A DNA stretch of 62,984 bases, counting the filler, from Pelomyxa schiedti (Eukaryota > Protista > Evosea): assembly GCA_020536535.1 (NCBI GenBank). It is 5 parts of 5 records of this genome, joined end to end, with 100 filler letters (N's around TTAATTAATTAA, not from the genome) between each part and the next. Parts side by side here need not be neighbours in the genome. Positions count along the whole stretch, not along the records: positions 61,776 to 62,984 come from JAHLWZ010002696.1; 4 more parts are not named here. The stretch is one strand, 5' to 3'. Position 1 is the first letter of the stretch. Each line of letters starts with the position of its first letter. Below are positions 61,951 to 62,984 of the stretch, piece by piece. A program made the translations under genes and the position numbers. Below the pieces are notes generated by a model. That model was not told the DNA's origin and did not search any database. It saw nothing but the letters and a program-made list of their open reading frames with translations.

Positions 61951-62243
61951 TTCTGTTTGTTGTGGTGGTAGCAGTAGTGGTGTGTTTTGCGGTTTTGCGA
62001 CACAACCAGATCCCTATGACGTGATCTTGCGTGTGGTGCCCTTTTGTTTGTTTTTCACTTGGTTTTTTCCTCAAACATCAAAACAAGGATCCCATTACCT
62101 GTACTTCCCAGATGATTGTCTCCACCTGTTGTGGTCGTGGCGTCTTGACTTCACCAGTTGTCAATCAAGGCTCTAATCAAGGTTCTTTCTCCTTTCTTTT
62201 TCACAGAGCTCTGTGATTTCGTGTAGCAGTCATCGGTTCGAGA

Positions 62244-62984
62244 ATGAGCCGGTTGATTGGGCTTGGTGGTGATGGTACGGCCACGCCGTTGTCGGTTGCC
62301 CTGCAGTCGGCCAGGGACGCTCTCAATGCCTCCGCCCAGTCCCAGTCCCAGTCTCAGTCCCAGGCCCAGGCCCCCCAACTTGGTGCGCGCGCCTTAGCTC
62401 CCATTGCATTGGCAAACTATCCATATTGGCAATATTATATGAGATGTGTTTGTGTTTAGGGTTATGAATTTTATGAAGTTGAGCATACTCCCAATATTTA
62501 CCTATTGGAAAAGGCAAGAGTCAAACTAGAGCAGGACCAGCTGTGATTCCTGTTGGGCCTGCTGCTTTGACTACAACCGGGACTGGTTCCAGTGGATCCT
62601 CCTCGTCATCAGTGGTGACGTGGCTGACCAATGTGTTTTCACCTGTGACATCTTTGCTGGACAAAACGGAGGTAGAATTTATGGCCAATCCTACTTTGTT
62701 GTTGGGTGGAAACTGTTATCTCACTTTTTTCCCCCACTATGTGCTACAGCTTGCCGAAATCACGGATTCAACTTACACCGAGTTCGAACATATTCTAACT
62801 ACCGTACTTCCCGTAAATTTTGTGGAATCCGCCAATGCGTAGACTACTTTTTTTTCCCTCTCCGAATCTAAAAGACTCCTAGCTTTGTTAATAGCGTCAA
62901 TCAAGGGGCATATGCTGACAACCCGGTTCCAGTAAGACAATTTATTGAGAGTATCTCTGAAGACCTCTGCATCTATTTGTCTGA
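62244..62984 (+). CDS. 5' exons of a hypothetical protein
   Basis: ATG 62244, (QS)n tract, GT-AG-bounded coding-like exons (VTWLTNVFSPVTSLLDKTE; LAEITDSTYTEFEHILTT). Confidence 0.45.

Overview
This is intron-rich eukaryotic DNA (short ~40-60 nt GT-AG introns). From memory the gene-family style resembles an amoebozoan such as Pelomyxa, but that is an inference. Four N-padded TTAATTAATTAA linkers (19365, 29686, 59869, 61720) join five contigs, so synteny across them is unsupported. The window is a heavily duplicated, rearranged, partly pseudogenised accessory region. The main finding is a 4,278-bp piggyBac-like DNA transposon (22227-26504) with 187-bp TIRs and an ATAT (not TTAA) target duplication. 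It carries a spliced DDD transposase and, head-to-head with it, a spliced ParB/Sulfiredoxin-domain gene (DGNHR). Between the two genes lies a phased array of nine 12-bp pseudo-palindromes at ~26-bp period. Other content: an ankyrin + Hint (Vint-like) gene, a motif-degenerate G-alpha-like gene abutting a SAM methyltransferase, a giant GBP/RHD3-type GTPase-zinc finger-vWA pseudogene with an internal inversion, DCAF7/WDR68 inside a >=1.6-kb inverted duplication, three Sel1-repeat genes, a TRAFAC GTPase, two hAT remnants and two copies of a long-TIR foldback element. Repeat copies differ largely by CpG>TpG/CpA changes. No rRNA, tRNA or CRISPR was seen.
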